Positions 1 to 9,418 of a stretch of DNA of 64,000 nucleotides are shown here, one piece after another. Numbering within the stretch: position 1 is the first letter of the stretch; every line of letters starts with the position of its first letter. The position numbers and the translations under genes were made by a program. Source of the DNA: a virus; the IMG/VR virus record IMGVR_UViG_3300005099_000100, positions 3,032 to 67,031 of that record. One strand, 5' to 3'. The notes below the pieces were generated by a model. It was given only the letters and a program-made list of their open reading frames with translations. It did not search any database and was not told the DNA's origin.

Positions 1-1
1 T

Positions 2-1648
2 AAACCTTATGGAGAAGGTACTGGGACCGGAGACATGCTCAAATCAGTATATGATACTGACGATGATGGTATTGTCGATAAAGCTGAGAAAGTTGATAAC
101 GGAGCATCTAGCACTTTAGAGATTGTTGATGGTACTAATCCTGAGTTGAAGTTTACCGATAAAAATGGTAAATTTTTATCTATCAGAAAAGACACCGATG
201 CAGGTGATGTTAAGAAATGGGCTATAAATCTTGAGGATTATGATAATCTTATTTTGTTTTTTGATGAATACGATGGTTCATTTGGTTTTGGTAATGACTT
301 TAAGGTTGATGGTAACTTTACTACTACAGGCTCCTTGAAAATAGACGATGGTTCTGGTAATACCTTTACAGTTAACACTAATTCTAATTATGCATCACTA
401 GAGGCTTTTGGGCAAGGATCCTACATTAAACTTCAATCAGATGGTGACATTTCTTTAGTTAGTACTACCAACATTGATTCTCTACTTAGACCGAGCTCAG
501 ACAATAGCGTTGATCTAGGTCAAAATGATCATAGATTTAAGGATCTCTTTTTATCTGGATCGATATCTGACGGTACTAATTCAGCAACAGTTGCTGATAT
601 TAAAGATGCGGTTGATAAAAAACACTCCCAGAATACAGATACTTACTTAGATCAAGGAGGAGCTAATCAAGTTTCAGCATCTGAATTAAGAACAGCATTA
701 GATACGACTATTCCTAGTAAGGCTGATAAAGTTAGTGGAGCAACTACCGATAATTTAGCTTCTTTGGATTCTAATGGAAATTTACAAGATTCAGGTATAG
801 CGAAAGATGATGTTATTCTTAAAGATGGTAGTGTAGCATTCACTAGTCCAGTTTCAGGCGTAACACCTACTGCTAATGCTCATTTAGCTACTAAGAGTTA
901 TGTTGATAGTGTTGCTCAAGGATTAGACTGGCAAGACTCAGTACTCGATAAAGACTTAAATACTCCACCAGCATCACCTTCTACTGGTGATAGATATATA
1001 GTAGGGTCTTCTCCAACAGGTGATTGGAGTGGTCGCACTAACGATGTTGCTGAATGGAATGGATCTTCATGGGATTTTACAACTCCTAATGAAGGTTTTG
1101 CTTGCTGGGTTGAAGATGAGGACGCTTTATACGTGTTTAATGGAACATCATGGGTACAATTTGGATCTACATTAGATCACGGAGCCTTACAAGGTTTATC
1201 TGATGATGACCACCCTCAATATTTAAATACAACTCGAGGCGATGCTAGATATTATACTCAAACTCAATTAGATGGTGGTCAGCTAGATAATAGGTACTAC
1301 ACTGAGACAGAAGTTGATAATCTCTTAAATAATAAAGCCGATAAAGTATCAGGAGCTACATCAGGTAACTTAGCATCTTTAGATGCGAATGGAAATTTAC
1401 AAGACGCGGGTATAGCATCATCTAATGTGTTTGATAAATCCGCAGATGATTTAGATGATATTAGTGACGGTTCTACTTATGGTAGAGTAAAACTATCTGA
1501 GTTAACTAGTGGGCAAGTTAACAGATTAAATGATGGTTCTAACATAGTAACTGCAGCTCAGGGTAAAAAAGCTTATGATACTAGAGCTCAGTATGACGCA
1601 TCTACTGATGAAATAGTGTTTGTGGATCCAGATACTTATAGCGGATAA
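2..1648 (+). CDS. Tail fibre/virion structural protein with DUF2793-like domain (5' truncated)
   Basis: Frame is open from base 2 (KPYGEGTGTGD-MLKSV), so the gene starts left of the window. D/S/G/N-rich. DUF2793-like WQDSVLDKDLNTPPASPSTGDRYIV...WVEDE. Two KADKVSGAT..NLASLD.NGNLQD repeats. Confidence 0.65.
   Translation, partial: KPYGEGTGTGDMLKSVYDTDDDGIVDKAEKVDNGASSTLEIVDGTNPELKFTDKNGKFLSIRKDTDAGDVKKWAINLEDYDNLILFFDEYDGSFGFGNDFKVDGNFTTTGSLKIDDGSGNTFTVNTNSNYASLEAFGQGSYIKLQSDGDISLVSTTNIDSLLRPSSDNSVDLGQNDHRFKDLFLSGSISDGTNSATVADIKDAVDKKHSQNTDTYLDQGGANQVSASELRTALDTTIPSKADKVSGATTDNLASLDSNGNLQDSGIAKDDVILKDGSVAFTSPVSGVTPTANAHLATKSYVDSVAQGLDWQDSVLDKDLNTPPASPSTGDRYIVGSSPTGDWSGRTNDVAEWNGSSWDFTTPNEGFACWVEDEDALYVFNGTSWVQFGSTLDHGALQGLSDDDHPQYLNTTRGDARYYTQTQLDGGQLDNRYYTETEVDNLLNNKADKVSGATSGNLASLDANGNLQDAGIASSNVFDKSADDLDDISDGSTYGRVKLSELTSGQVNRLNDGSNIVTAAQGKKAYDTRAQYDASTDEIVFVDPDTYSG
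719..1417 (+). repeat. Intragenic 28-aa repeat (719-802 and 1334-1417)
   Basis: KADKVSGATTDNLASLDSNGNLQDSGIA versus KADKVSGATSGNLASLDANGNLQDAGIA. Confidence 0.85.
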
Positions 1649-1718
1649 TAGATATTACTGAATAAAAGAGTGTAGAGGGTGTATTTAAGTTTTTTTTATC
1701 TTAAAATGAATAATTGAT

Positions 1719-2909
1719 ATGTCTACAAAAAGAGTACCTATTTTAGATAAATTTGAATGGCAAAAATCCGTAAAGGATAAGGATTTATCTAGCCCACCAA
1801 CTAGTCCTTCTGCAGGTGATAGATATATTGTCGCTTCAAGTGCTACTGGAGACTGGAGTGGTCATGAGAACGATATAGCACAATGGAATAGTAATAATAA
1901 TTCATGGGATTTTACTGAACCTCTAGAAGGAATGTTTGTTTTTGTTGAAGATGAAGATGAATTATATTATTATACTACTACTTGGCAAAAGTTTTCAGGA
2001 GCAAGTAGTTCAGATGAAAAAGTAAAAGCAGACAGCGGTGACTCAACAGCAGGGTATTTAGATAGTAAGGTTGACAACGCTACAATAGAGGTTGATACAA
2101 GTAATCATCAGTTGAGGGTGAAAACAGGGGGGATTGGTTCTTCCCACCTTGCTTCTGCTTCTGTCAGCCAAGCGAAATTAAAGACATCTGTTGGTGAAGT
2201 TAGCGTCCAGAATGGACAAAGTGTATTAACTCTTCCTGGTGGGCAATATGGGTTTTACCCACAAACAGGGATAGATATAACTACCGGTGCTAATTTTGGA
2301 TTTATTATGGGTTGGAACAAATATGATACTTCCAATAATTGTTGGAAGGCTTATACAGAAGGGTATAACGACCGTCCTTATGGAACATATATTACATTAT
2401 ACAGTTCTCAATATTATCAATATGCTAAAGCCCAACAACGCTATATTACTTCATCGGGTAAAGACCATTGGATATTTTTATTAGTAGATAAAGAAACTAA
2501 ACAAATAATAGCAAGTTATCAAGCCCCCGACCATCCCTGTTATGGACAAGGTGGAGACGAAATAGATATACCTCATCCGTTTGGTTCTTACGACCCCAAA
2601 AAGCACGAAATAGTTCTTGTGGATAACTCTATCCTTACTGAATTGAAACCTTTAATCAACAGAAAAAATACCTTGCTTACTTTAATAAACGAAAAATGTA
2701 TTATAGATGATTATACAAGACCCAAGTATGAGCCGAGAGAAATTATAGAGATAGACGAGTATGGAGATTTAAAAGGCGATGTATTAGCAACAATTAGAAC
2801 TCCCGATTGGGCAAAAATAAAAATAAGCAGGGATGAGATACAGTTAAAGCGAAGAATGGTAGAGGAATTGCCAGATTTTATATTGTATAAAAAGTTAAGG
2901 GTTAAATAG
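1719..2909 (+). CDS. DUF2793-like domain virion/fibre protein
   Basis: N-terminal WQKSVKDKDLSSPPTSPSAGDRYIVA...FVEDEDELY is paralogous to the preceding gene. Confidence 0.6.
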   Translation: MSTKRVPILDKFEWQKSVKDKDLSSPPTSPSAGDRYIVASSATGDWSGHENDIAQWNSNNNSWDFTEPLEGMFVFVEDEDELYYYTTTWQKFSGASSSDEKVKADSGDSTAGYLDSKVDNATIEVDTSNHQLRVKTGGIGSSHLASASVSQAKLKTSVGEVSVQNGQSVLTLPGGQYGFYPQTGIDITTGANFGFIMGWNKYDTSNNCWKAYTEGYNDRPYGTYITLYSSQYYQYAKAQQRYITSSGKDHWIFLLVDKETKQIIASYQAPDHPCYGQGGDEIDIPHPFGSYDPKKHEIVLVDNSILTELKPLINRKNTLLTLINEKCIIDDYTRPKYEPREIIEIDEYGDLKGDVLATIRTPDWAKIKISRDEIQLKRRMVEELPDFILYKKLRVK

Positions 2910-2923
2910 AACAGAGTTAAAAA

Positions 2924-3385
2924 ATGAAAAAGCTTAAACATTTAATTATAACAATTATATCTGCTATTACAGGAGCAATAGGTGGTCAAGGTATAAAATT
3001 TTTAAGAAGATTTTTTATACCTTTAATGCTTGCTTCTTTAGCTTATTTTAAATACCAAAATTTATGGGTTTTATTAGTATTATCTTTAATAGGATGTTAT
3101 AGTTTGGGGTATGGAGAAGATTCGTTTTTAAGAAAATTATTTAAAGGTAGTAACGAATTAACAAGAGGTTTTATTTCTCTATTAAAATGTTTATCGCTTT
3201 TAGTTTTAGCAATATTAAGCGGAAAATGGATAATCTATATTATAGGTAGTATTTCTATTATTTTAGTAGGAAGTTTTGTAAGTTGGAGAGGTTTAGGAAC
3301 TGTTAAATTTTTTGATAAAGAGCTATTAGTTGTTGATTTAATCATTTATGGTGTTGATAGTCTAACGGGAGTATTATTACTATGA
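2924..3385 (+). CDS. Multi-pass membrane protein
   Basis: About 4-5 hydrophobic segments; stop overlaps the next start (ATGA). Confidence 0.6.
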   Translation: MKKLKHLIITIISAITGAIGGQGIKFLRRFFIPLMLASLAYFKYQNLWVLLVLSLIGCYSLGYGEDSFLRKLFKGSNELTRGFISLLKCLSLLVLAILSGKWIIYIIGSISIILVGSFVSWRGLGTVKFFDKELLVVDLIIYGVDSLTGVLLL

Positions 3386-6300
3386 TTATTAAAGTATTAG
3401 GTACAGGAGCTGAAACTACAAAACAACCTAAACCATATTTAGGAAAATATAAACCATCTTGTTTAATAACAACAGCTAAAGGAACAATTTTGATTGATGT
3501 AGGAAAAGACATATTTGATAAATTATCTAAAGAGGAAATTCTAAATATTGATTCTGTACTGTTAACTCACGGGCATCAGGACGCTATAGGAGGTATAGCC
3601 CTATTAAATAAATTTTTAGATGAACATGATAAGTTTGTAGAGGTATATGCTAATGATCAGACTATTTCCATAATTAAACATAAATGGAAAAAGAACCACC
3701 TTAGTAATTATAACTTTAATGTGTTATCATCTAGAAAAAAATACAATATAAATGGAATAACAGTAAAACCGATTAAAGTATTTCATGATAAACATTATCC
3801 TACTTTTGCTTATAACTTTGAAAATGTGTTCTTTTATTCTTCAGATATGGGACCTATTTTTGATGAATATGAGATCAAATATATGTCAAATCAAATACTA
3901 GCAATTTTTGATGGAGCTTATTGGGATAATCAAATTGCTTTAAATAATCATATAGCAGTATTAGAATACTTGTCTTATATTCTAAGTCTCAATAACAAGT
4001 ATACCTATTTTATTGGTATGGGTAATCAATGGCCTTCTTTTGATAAAGCTAATGCTATTTTAAAGCAGAAGCTCAAAGAATATAAAGAAAAAAATCCAGA
4101 GTGTAAAGTCGTAGAATGTAGAGCTTTACGTGAAGGAGAAAAATTTAGAATTGACCTTAATAAAATTTTACCTGTAGACGAACGTCTTATTTTAAAACCC
4201 GCGCTTACTGATATAGTAAAAAATCCAAGTATTATTCGTAATATAGATAATAAAGAGTTAGCTATGGTTCATCTAAGATGCCATCAGTTATGGGGGATTA
4301 AGAAATCCAAACTAGTATTAAAAGCTCACGTTATAATTGTAAAAGAGTTCTTTAGACGTAAGATGAATCATCATATTGTTAACGATTTAGATAGAAAAAC
4401 ATATCGTATTTTAGGTAGAGAAATTAAAGCTTTTGAGATTTGGAACGAGTTAAAAGATGAAATCGTAATTAAAAGTAATATAGTTAAATTTGTAGGATCT
4501 TCTCTAAAAGATAGTAATCCTAACGATTTAGATGTTATAGCTCCTCATGCTCTTGAAAAGATCTTACACCAATTTATCGAAAAATACAATCCACATTTTA
4601 TTGGGGATATCGTTAGTCATGGAGATGTAGTAAATGTATACGATCTTATATTAAAAAAGAAAAAGAATTTAATAATTTTAAATAGACTTCTTCCTGATTA
4701 TACTAAACAATATAATTTAAGTAAAATTATTAGTAAACTTGATTTATCTCATGAGATGTATATAGTAGAACCTGTTATTAATGGTAAAGCAGAAATAGTA
4801 GTAGATAAAGAAAGTAGGATAATATATGAGCACATAATAACTGATAATAAAGAAATCATTACCGATTTACTAGCAATTGGAAGAGATAATTTATTTAATG
4901 AGATTTTAGCAAATCGTATTTTCTTTTTACATAAGAAGTGGCTTGATAAATCTGAGCCCAAATATCTACCTTTACGTTGGTTTGTTAACAAGAAATCACT
5001 GTTATCATTTTTAAAGAGCTTACGACATAAGTATAGTAAAGTAATGATTCGCCCTGCCAATTCTAAGTATTATGATGGTAAATTTGTTATAAGCTTTAAA
5101 TCGTTTGTTTGTGAATGTTTAGACTGCGGTTTTATTATGGAAAGTTCAAAGCATTGTAGAGAAATTAAGTGCCCTAGATGTGGTGGAGAGATGCGAAGGG
5201 CCTCTCGTCCAGGTATAGGAAAAAGTGCTACTTTAGCTCCATTTTCTAAGTTTCCCCCACTTAAAGCTACTGGATCCGCTTATCATGAATTAGAATATTT
5301 TAATCCTGAAGACGCTTGGAACTTTTTTGGAAAATATGAAGTATCTCAACATGGTAAAGTTAGATTTGAATATAAAATTGATGGTTGGCGCTGTCTTCAC
5401 GGCGAAGATGAAATAATCACTATTGATAAGCTTACTAAAGTTCAACATATTAAGGAAGGTGATTTAGTACTGACAGGTGATGGAACTTACCAACCGGTTA
5501 AGAAAGTTTTATCTAGATACTTTGATAAGGACAGAGATGAAATATATGAAATTAAAGTTTTTGGAGGTATTTCATTTAAAGTTACTCAAGATCATTTACT
5601 TCTAACTAATAGAGGATGGATAAGAGCAGATCAGCTAAAATCTAACGATTATATATTTGTACCGTACCCTAAAATAGAAGTACCTATACCAGAATTTTTG
5701 AAGGATAAAGAATTGAAATTAACCTGGAGAGATGTAGGTTATACTAAAAAAATAAAGTTGACCCCTGAGTTTTGGAGATTTGTAGGTCACTGGGTTGGAG
5801 ATGGTATGGGTAACTATGTAACAGGTAACAAACATTATACACATTCAGTAGCTCTTGCAAAAGGTAATAAAGATCAAGACCTAATTCGGGAATATACACG
5901 AATTATTAAAGAAGTGATTAAAGCAAAACCTCATATTTCAAAGTGGAGCTCTATAACTAGCGTATATTGTCTCGATGAGCCTTTATTGAAGTGGTTAACT
6001 CAGCATTTTAAAACTAAATATAATAGTATACAGAAATCAAAAAGTTATTATCATAAGACTATACCTTTATGGTTAGTTCACCTAGATAATGAAAGTTTCG
6101 AAGCTTTTTTAACTGGATATGCCGAAGCAGACGGTACAAAAAGGCAGTTACCTATATCTACTGAATCTCGAGCAATCGCTTCACGCTTGTATCAACTGCT
6201 TTTAGCGCGAAAGACACCTGCAAGTTGTAAAAAATGGAAAGTACAACGTGATGGTAAGAGATTCATATATTATCGTATATCCCTAATAACACGTCATATT

Positions 6301-8265
6301 AAAAAATCAGATAAAGGAGTGTATTATCAAGTTAAATCTGTACGTAAGTTACAATATTCCGATCAATCACTACATGCGCTAAAATATAAAGTGACTAAAT
6401 TATATGATTTAGTATTAGATACCCCACATTCTTTTGTAGGACCCGGAGTTACCTATCATAATTGTATTTTACAGGCAAAAGAAAATAAAGACACTTTAAT
6501 TTATTTTGAGGATAGTAAAACGAATAGATCCGATCATTTTAGCAGGTTAGTTTCTGAATTAAATAGTCTTCATTCGTCAGGTATTATACTCGATGGTGAG
6601 CTTATGGAAAAAGGAGAAGATGGTAAATGGAAATCACGTCACGATTTGATGAAATGGTCTCAGTCAAAACACCCTGGATCTGATGAAAACGTTAGAGTAT
6701 TCGTTTTTGATATTTTGTATTATAATGGTAAGGATTTACATAATCTTCCTTTTAGTGAGAGACGTAAGGTACTACTTGAAGTGTCTAAGAAATTTAAGAA
6801 GCATTTTATATTAGCTCCTGGATTTGATATTACTTCTAAACAACAACTTATAAGTAAGTTCAATAGCCTTAAAAATAAACCAGGCGCATATCATCTTTAT
6901 GGTAAAAATGGAATAGATGGTTTGATGGGTAAATCTTATTCAGGAAACTATCCTCTTACAGGTAAAACTAATTCATGGATAAAACTTAAATATTCATATG
7001 AAGTAGATACAATTATATTAGAGAAATTTTCTGCAGGTCAAGGAGCTTATAACTATAAAGTAGGTTATAGCATTCCGCAGGATAAAGTAGACAAGTTTAC
7101 TCCTGTTATAGAACTAAATGGTAAATATTATGGAGTGTTAGGAAAAACTTTTAACACGAAAATTAATGGTTCTGTAGGACAGATCCTAAACATCGCAGCT
7201 ACTGAATATAAAAAGGAAGTAGTAGGCGATAAAACTAAATATACTTTGTTTCAGGCGAGAGTGATTACACTAAAACCTGATAAAAAAGAACCAGATAGTT
7301 ACTTAGTAATTGACAGAATGAGTGTTTCTAAAGCCTCGTCTTTTTATGAGTTTTTTATTATTAAGGAAACCCCTAAGACTGGTCAGTGGACTATTGAAGA
7401 GGGCATGACCGGAAGATACGCGATACAATGTCACTCTCGAGGTATTCGTCCCGAACTAGTTGATTATCTACAGACTACTGATCTGAAAGCTTATGGACTG
7501 AATCCTGCTTATTTTGTACCTACAGATAAAGAATTGTCTGTATTAGAAAGTATAGTTCCAGGCGATTGGAAGAGAGCTATCGCTAAAGCTGCTGCAAAAA
7601 ATGAGTCAAGTAAAGAACTTACCAAACTAATTTCTACATTACTTAGAAGTGATAAGTTTAAACAACTTTCCCCTAAAATGAAAAGTGTTGTGGCAAGATT
7701 GGACCCAGTTTCAATACATCAGGATCTTAGATTAGTACCTTCAGGAAAGGATTATTTTGAAGGAGGTCACTGGACTACTCCAGGTAACCAGTTCAAAGAG
7801 AATAAGTTACTAAAAATTGAAGATCACATTTATTTACAATTTATGTTAAAACAGCCTCATGTAGGAGAATCTGCATCTACTAAAGAACCAGTTGTAAGAG
7901 GACCCGCAAGCTGGTTAAGTGTAGGCGCAGGAAAACCTCTTATAGTACCTCCTAATTCCATAGGAAGCACCTCTAAAGAGTACGCATGTTTTTGGAGACA
8001 TGATATAGGTTCTTGGTACGCAGGTAGACAAACTTCACCTCATGGTAAACATTTTAAGTTGTTTAAGTTTAAAGGAGGTAAACTTAACGGATGGATCATT
8101 TTTATGTGGGCTCCTGTTGGAGGTAAAAGAATATGGTTATGTTATAAGCCTAGGCATCAAGATAAGTACGAAAGAGAACGTGAAAGAAATAAACAATTTG
8201 ACACAGATGTTGAACGTCTTTACGGGGTGTTCTATAAATTTCTAATAAATAGTAATATTTATTGA
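3382..8265 (+). CDS. Multi-domain ATP-dependent DNA ligase (MBL-fold hydrolase + nucleotidyltransferase + Zn ribbon + ligase with intein + LigD phosphoesterase-like domain)
   Basis: MBL: VLGTG, LIDVG, THGHQDA, SSD. NTase: VGSS..NDLDV. Zn ribbon: CLDC..CPRC. Ligase motifs: EYKIDGWR, LDGEL, FVFDIL, IDGLMGK, WIKLK. C-terminus: IQCH..HQDLRL..GGKLNGW. Confidence 0.8.
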   Translation: MIIKVLGTGAETTKQPKPYLGKYKPSCLITTAKGTILIDVGKDIFDKLSKEEILNIDSVLLTHGHQDAIGGIALLNKFLDEHDKFVEVYANDQTISIIKHKWKKNHLSNYNFNVLSSRKKYNINGITVKPIKVFHDKHYPTFAYNFENVFFYSSDMGPIFDEYEIKYMSNQILAIFDGAYWDNQIALNNHIAVLEYLSYILSLNNKYTYFIGMGNQWPSFDKANAILKQKLKEYKEKNPECKVVECRALREGEKFRIDLNKILPVDERLILKPALTDIVKNPSIIRNIDNKELAMVHLRCHQLWGIKKSKLVLKAHVIIVKEFFRRKMNHHIVNDLDRKTYRILGREIKAFEIWNELKDEIVIKSNIVKFVGSSLKDSNPNDLDVIAPHALEKILHQFIEKYNPHFIGDIVSHGDVVNVYDLILKKKKNLIILNRLLPDYTKQYNLSKIISKLDLSHEMYIVEPVINGKAEIVVDKESRIIYEHIITDNKEIITDLLAIGRDNLFNEILANRIFFLHKKWLDKSEPKYLPLRWFVNKKSLLSFLKSLRHKYSKVMIRPANSKYYDGKFVISFKSFVCECLDCGFIMESSKHCREIKCPRCGGEMRRASRPGIGKSATLAPFSKFPPLKATGSAYHELEYFNPEDAWNFFGKYEVSQHGKVRFEYKIDGWRCLHGEDEIITIDKLTKVQHIKEGDLVLTGDGTYQPVKKVLSRYFDKDRDEIYEIKVFGGISFKVTQDHLLLTNRGWIRADQLKSNDYIFVPYPKIEVPIPEFLKDKELKLTWRDVGYTKKIKLTPEFWRFVGHWVGDGMGNYVTGNKHYTHSVALAKGNKDQDLIREYTRIIKEVIKAKPHISKWSSITSVYCLDEPLLKWLTQHFKTKYNSIQKSKSYYHKTIPLWLVHLDNESFEAFLTGYAEADGTKRQLPISTESRAIASRLYQLLLARKTPASCKKWKVQRDGKRFIYYRISLITRHIKKSDKGVYYQVKSVRKLQYSDQSLHALKYKVTKLYDLVLDTPHSFVGPGVTYHNCILQAKENKDTLIYFEDSKTNRSDHFSRLVSELNSLHSSGIILDGELMEKGEDGKWKSRHDLMKWSQSKHPGSDENVRVFVFDILYYNGKDLHNLPFSERRKVLLEVSKKFKKHFILAPGFDITSKQQLISKFNSLKNKPGAYHLYGKNGIDGLMGKSYSGNYPLTGKTNSWIKLKYSYEVDTIILEKFSAGQGAYNYKVGYSIPQDKVDKFTPVIELNGKYYGVLGKTFNTKINGSVGQILNIAATEYKKEVVGDKTKYTLFQARVITLKPDKKEPDSYLVIDRMSVSKASSFYEFFIIKETPKTGQWTIEEGMTGRYAIQCHSRGIRPELVDYLQTTDLKAYGLNPAYFVPTDKELSVLESIVPGDWKRAIAKAAAKNESSKELTKLISTLLRSDKFKQLSPKMKSVVARLDPVSIHQDLRLVPSGKDYFEGGHWTTPGNQFKENKLLKIEDHIYLQFMLKQPHVGESASTKEPVVRGPASWLSVGAGKPLIVPPNSIGSTSKEYACFWRHDIGSWYAGRQTSPHGKHFKLFKFKGGKLNGWIIFMWAPVGGKRIWLCYKPRHQDKYERERERNKQFDTDVERLYGVFYKFLINSNIY
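5392..6462 (+). mobile_element. Intein with LAGLIDADG homing endonuclease in ligase motif I (357 aa)
   Basis: Starts CLHGEDEI, block B VTQDHLL, FVGHWVGDG and FLTGYAEADG motifs, ends LYDL..TYHN followed by Cys. Confidence 0.9.
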
Positions 8266-8268
8266 CAC

Positions 8269-8288
8269 AAATAGATTTTTCAATTTAA
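8269..8288 (+). promoter_or_regulatory. Putative late promoter motif upstream of prohead protease
   Basis: AAATAGATTTTTCAATTTAA resembles the motif at 13641, 15971 and 32159(-). Confidence 0.45.
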
Positions 8289-8299
8289 AGGAGGTTTAT

Positions 8300-9388
8300 A
8301 TGGATGATATGATTAAAACTAAAAAATCATTTCGTTTTAGTGTAGACATTGTTAAGAAAGAAGGTGATATTGATAAGGATTTTTATGTTGAAGGATATGC
8401 CTCGACCTATGATCTTGATAGACAAGGTGAGATAATTACCCGTGAAGCATTAGAGAAGAGTGCTAAAGAGTTGGTAGAGATTAATAATACTGTATTTTAC
8501 GGTCATTTATATGATTTAAATAACGCAGTGGGTAAGATAGTTGAAGCTCAGGCAGATGAAAATGGTTTAAGAGTTAAGATATTTGTGTCCTCATGGGCTA
8601 AAGAGCTGCGAGTTAAAATTAATGAAGGTATTATAAGTAAATTTTCTATTGGAGGTGCTGTTAGAAACGATAGAAAAGTACCTAAAACTCAAGCTAAAGA
8701 AGAAGGTTTAATAAAGGATGACGTACCATTTGATTATATTACTGTGATAGATGATTTGGAATTATACGAAGTAAGTTTTGTAGGAGTTCCCGCTAACCCT
8801 AACGCCCAAGTAGTAGGAACCTTTACAAAAGCACTTCATGAGATATATAAGTCACAGGAAGGAGGTGAATCCATGAAAGAAAAAGAGAAAGAGCTCAAAA
8901 AAGAAGAGGCTCTTGAGGAAAAGAACGAGGTTATTGAGACAAAAACTGAGGAAACCGAAGAGAAAAAAGAAGAAGTAAAAGAGGAAACTAAAGAAGAACA
9001 AACCGAAGAGAAAAAGGAAACTGAAACTTCTACAGAAGTTAGTGAAGACGAAATCAAAGATTTACTTGAGAAAGAAACTGAAGAGACTGAGGAAACTGAA
9101 GAAAAAGCTAAGAAACCTTACTATTACTACTATGGTAAGGGAATCAAAGAGATGCTTGATAAATTAGGTAAAGAAATCGCTGATATTGCTAAGGATATTA
9201 AGGAAATTAAGGAAACGCTGAAAGAAAAAGTTAAAACAGTTGAAGTAGTTGATGAGAAAAAGACTGTGATTAAAGAAGCTAAAGAGGATAAAAAAGAAGA
9301 CAAGCAACCTGAAGTTCAGCTAGACGAAGAAGAAGTTTTAGATCAGTTATTTGGAAAAGTTATTACAAAATCTTTAAAGAGAAGTTAA
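8300..9388 (+). CDS. HK97-family prohead protease fused to acidic scaffold domain
   Basis: VEGYAST..DRQGEII, H, FSIGG, LYEVSFVGVPANP; E/K-rich C-terminus; directly before the capsid gene. Confidence 0.9.
   Translation: MDDMIKTKKSFRFSVDIVKKEGDIDKDFYVEGYASTYDLDRQGEIITREALEKSAKELVEINNTVFYGHLYDLNNAVGKIVEAQADENGLRVKIFVSSWAKELRVKINEGIISKFSIGGAVRNDRKVPKTQAKEEGLIKDDVPFDYITVIDDLELYEVSFVGVPANPNAQVVGTFTKALHEIYKSQEGGESMKEKEKELKKEEALEEKNEVIETKTEETEEKKEEVKEETKEEQTEEKKETETSTEVSEDEIKDLLEKETEETEETEEKAKKPYYYYYGKGIKEMLDKLGKEIADIAKDIKEIKETLKEKVKTVEVVDEKKTVIKEAKEDKKEDKQPEVQLDEEEVLDQLFGKVITKSLKRS
8873..9388 (+). CDS. Probable nested in-frame scaffold protein
   Basis: AGGAGGTGAATCC-ATG (perfect SD) lies in frame at the start of the E/K-rich region. 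Confidence 0.55.
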   Translation: MKEKEKELKKEEALEEKNEVIETKTEETEEKKEEVKEETKEEQTEEKKETETSTEVSEDEIKDLLEKETEETEETEEKAKKPYYYYYGKGIKEMLDKLGKEIADIAKDIKEIKETLKEKVKTVEVVDEKKTVIKEAKEDKKEDKQPEVQLDEEEVLDQLFGKVITKSLKRS

Positions 9389-9418
9389 TTTAAGTGATAT
9401 AGAAAGGAGGTGCTACTA

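Noticed and set aside
2200-2460. Y/N-rich segment suggesting a DGR variable region
   Set aside because: No reverse transcriptase and no adenine-variant template repeat seen in the window
8262-8290. TTGACA as a sigma-70 -35 box
   Set aside because: No TATAAT-like -10 at 16-18 bp, and it overlaps a stop codon; the TTTTCAAT motif explains the region better
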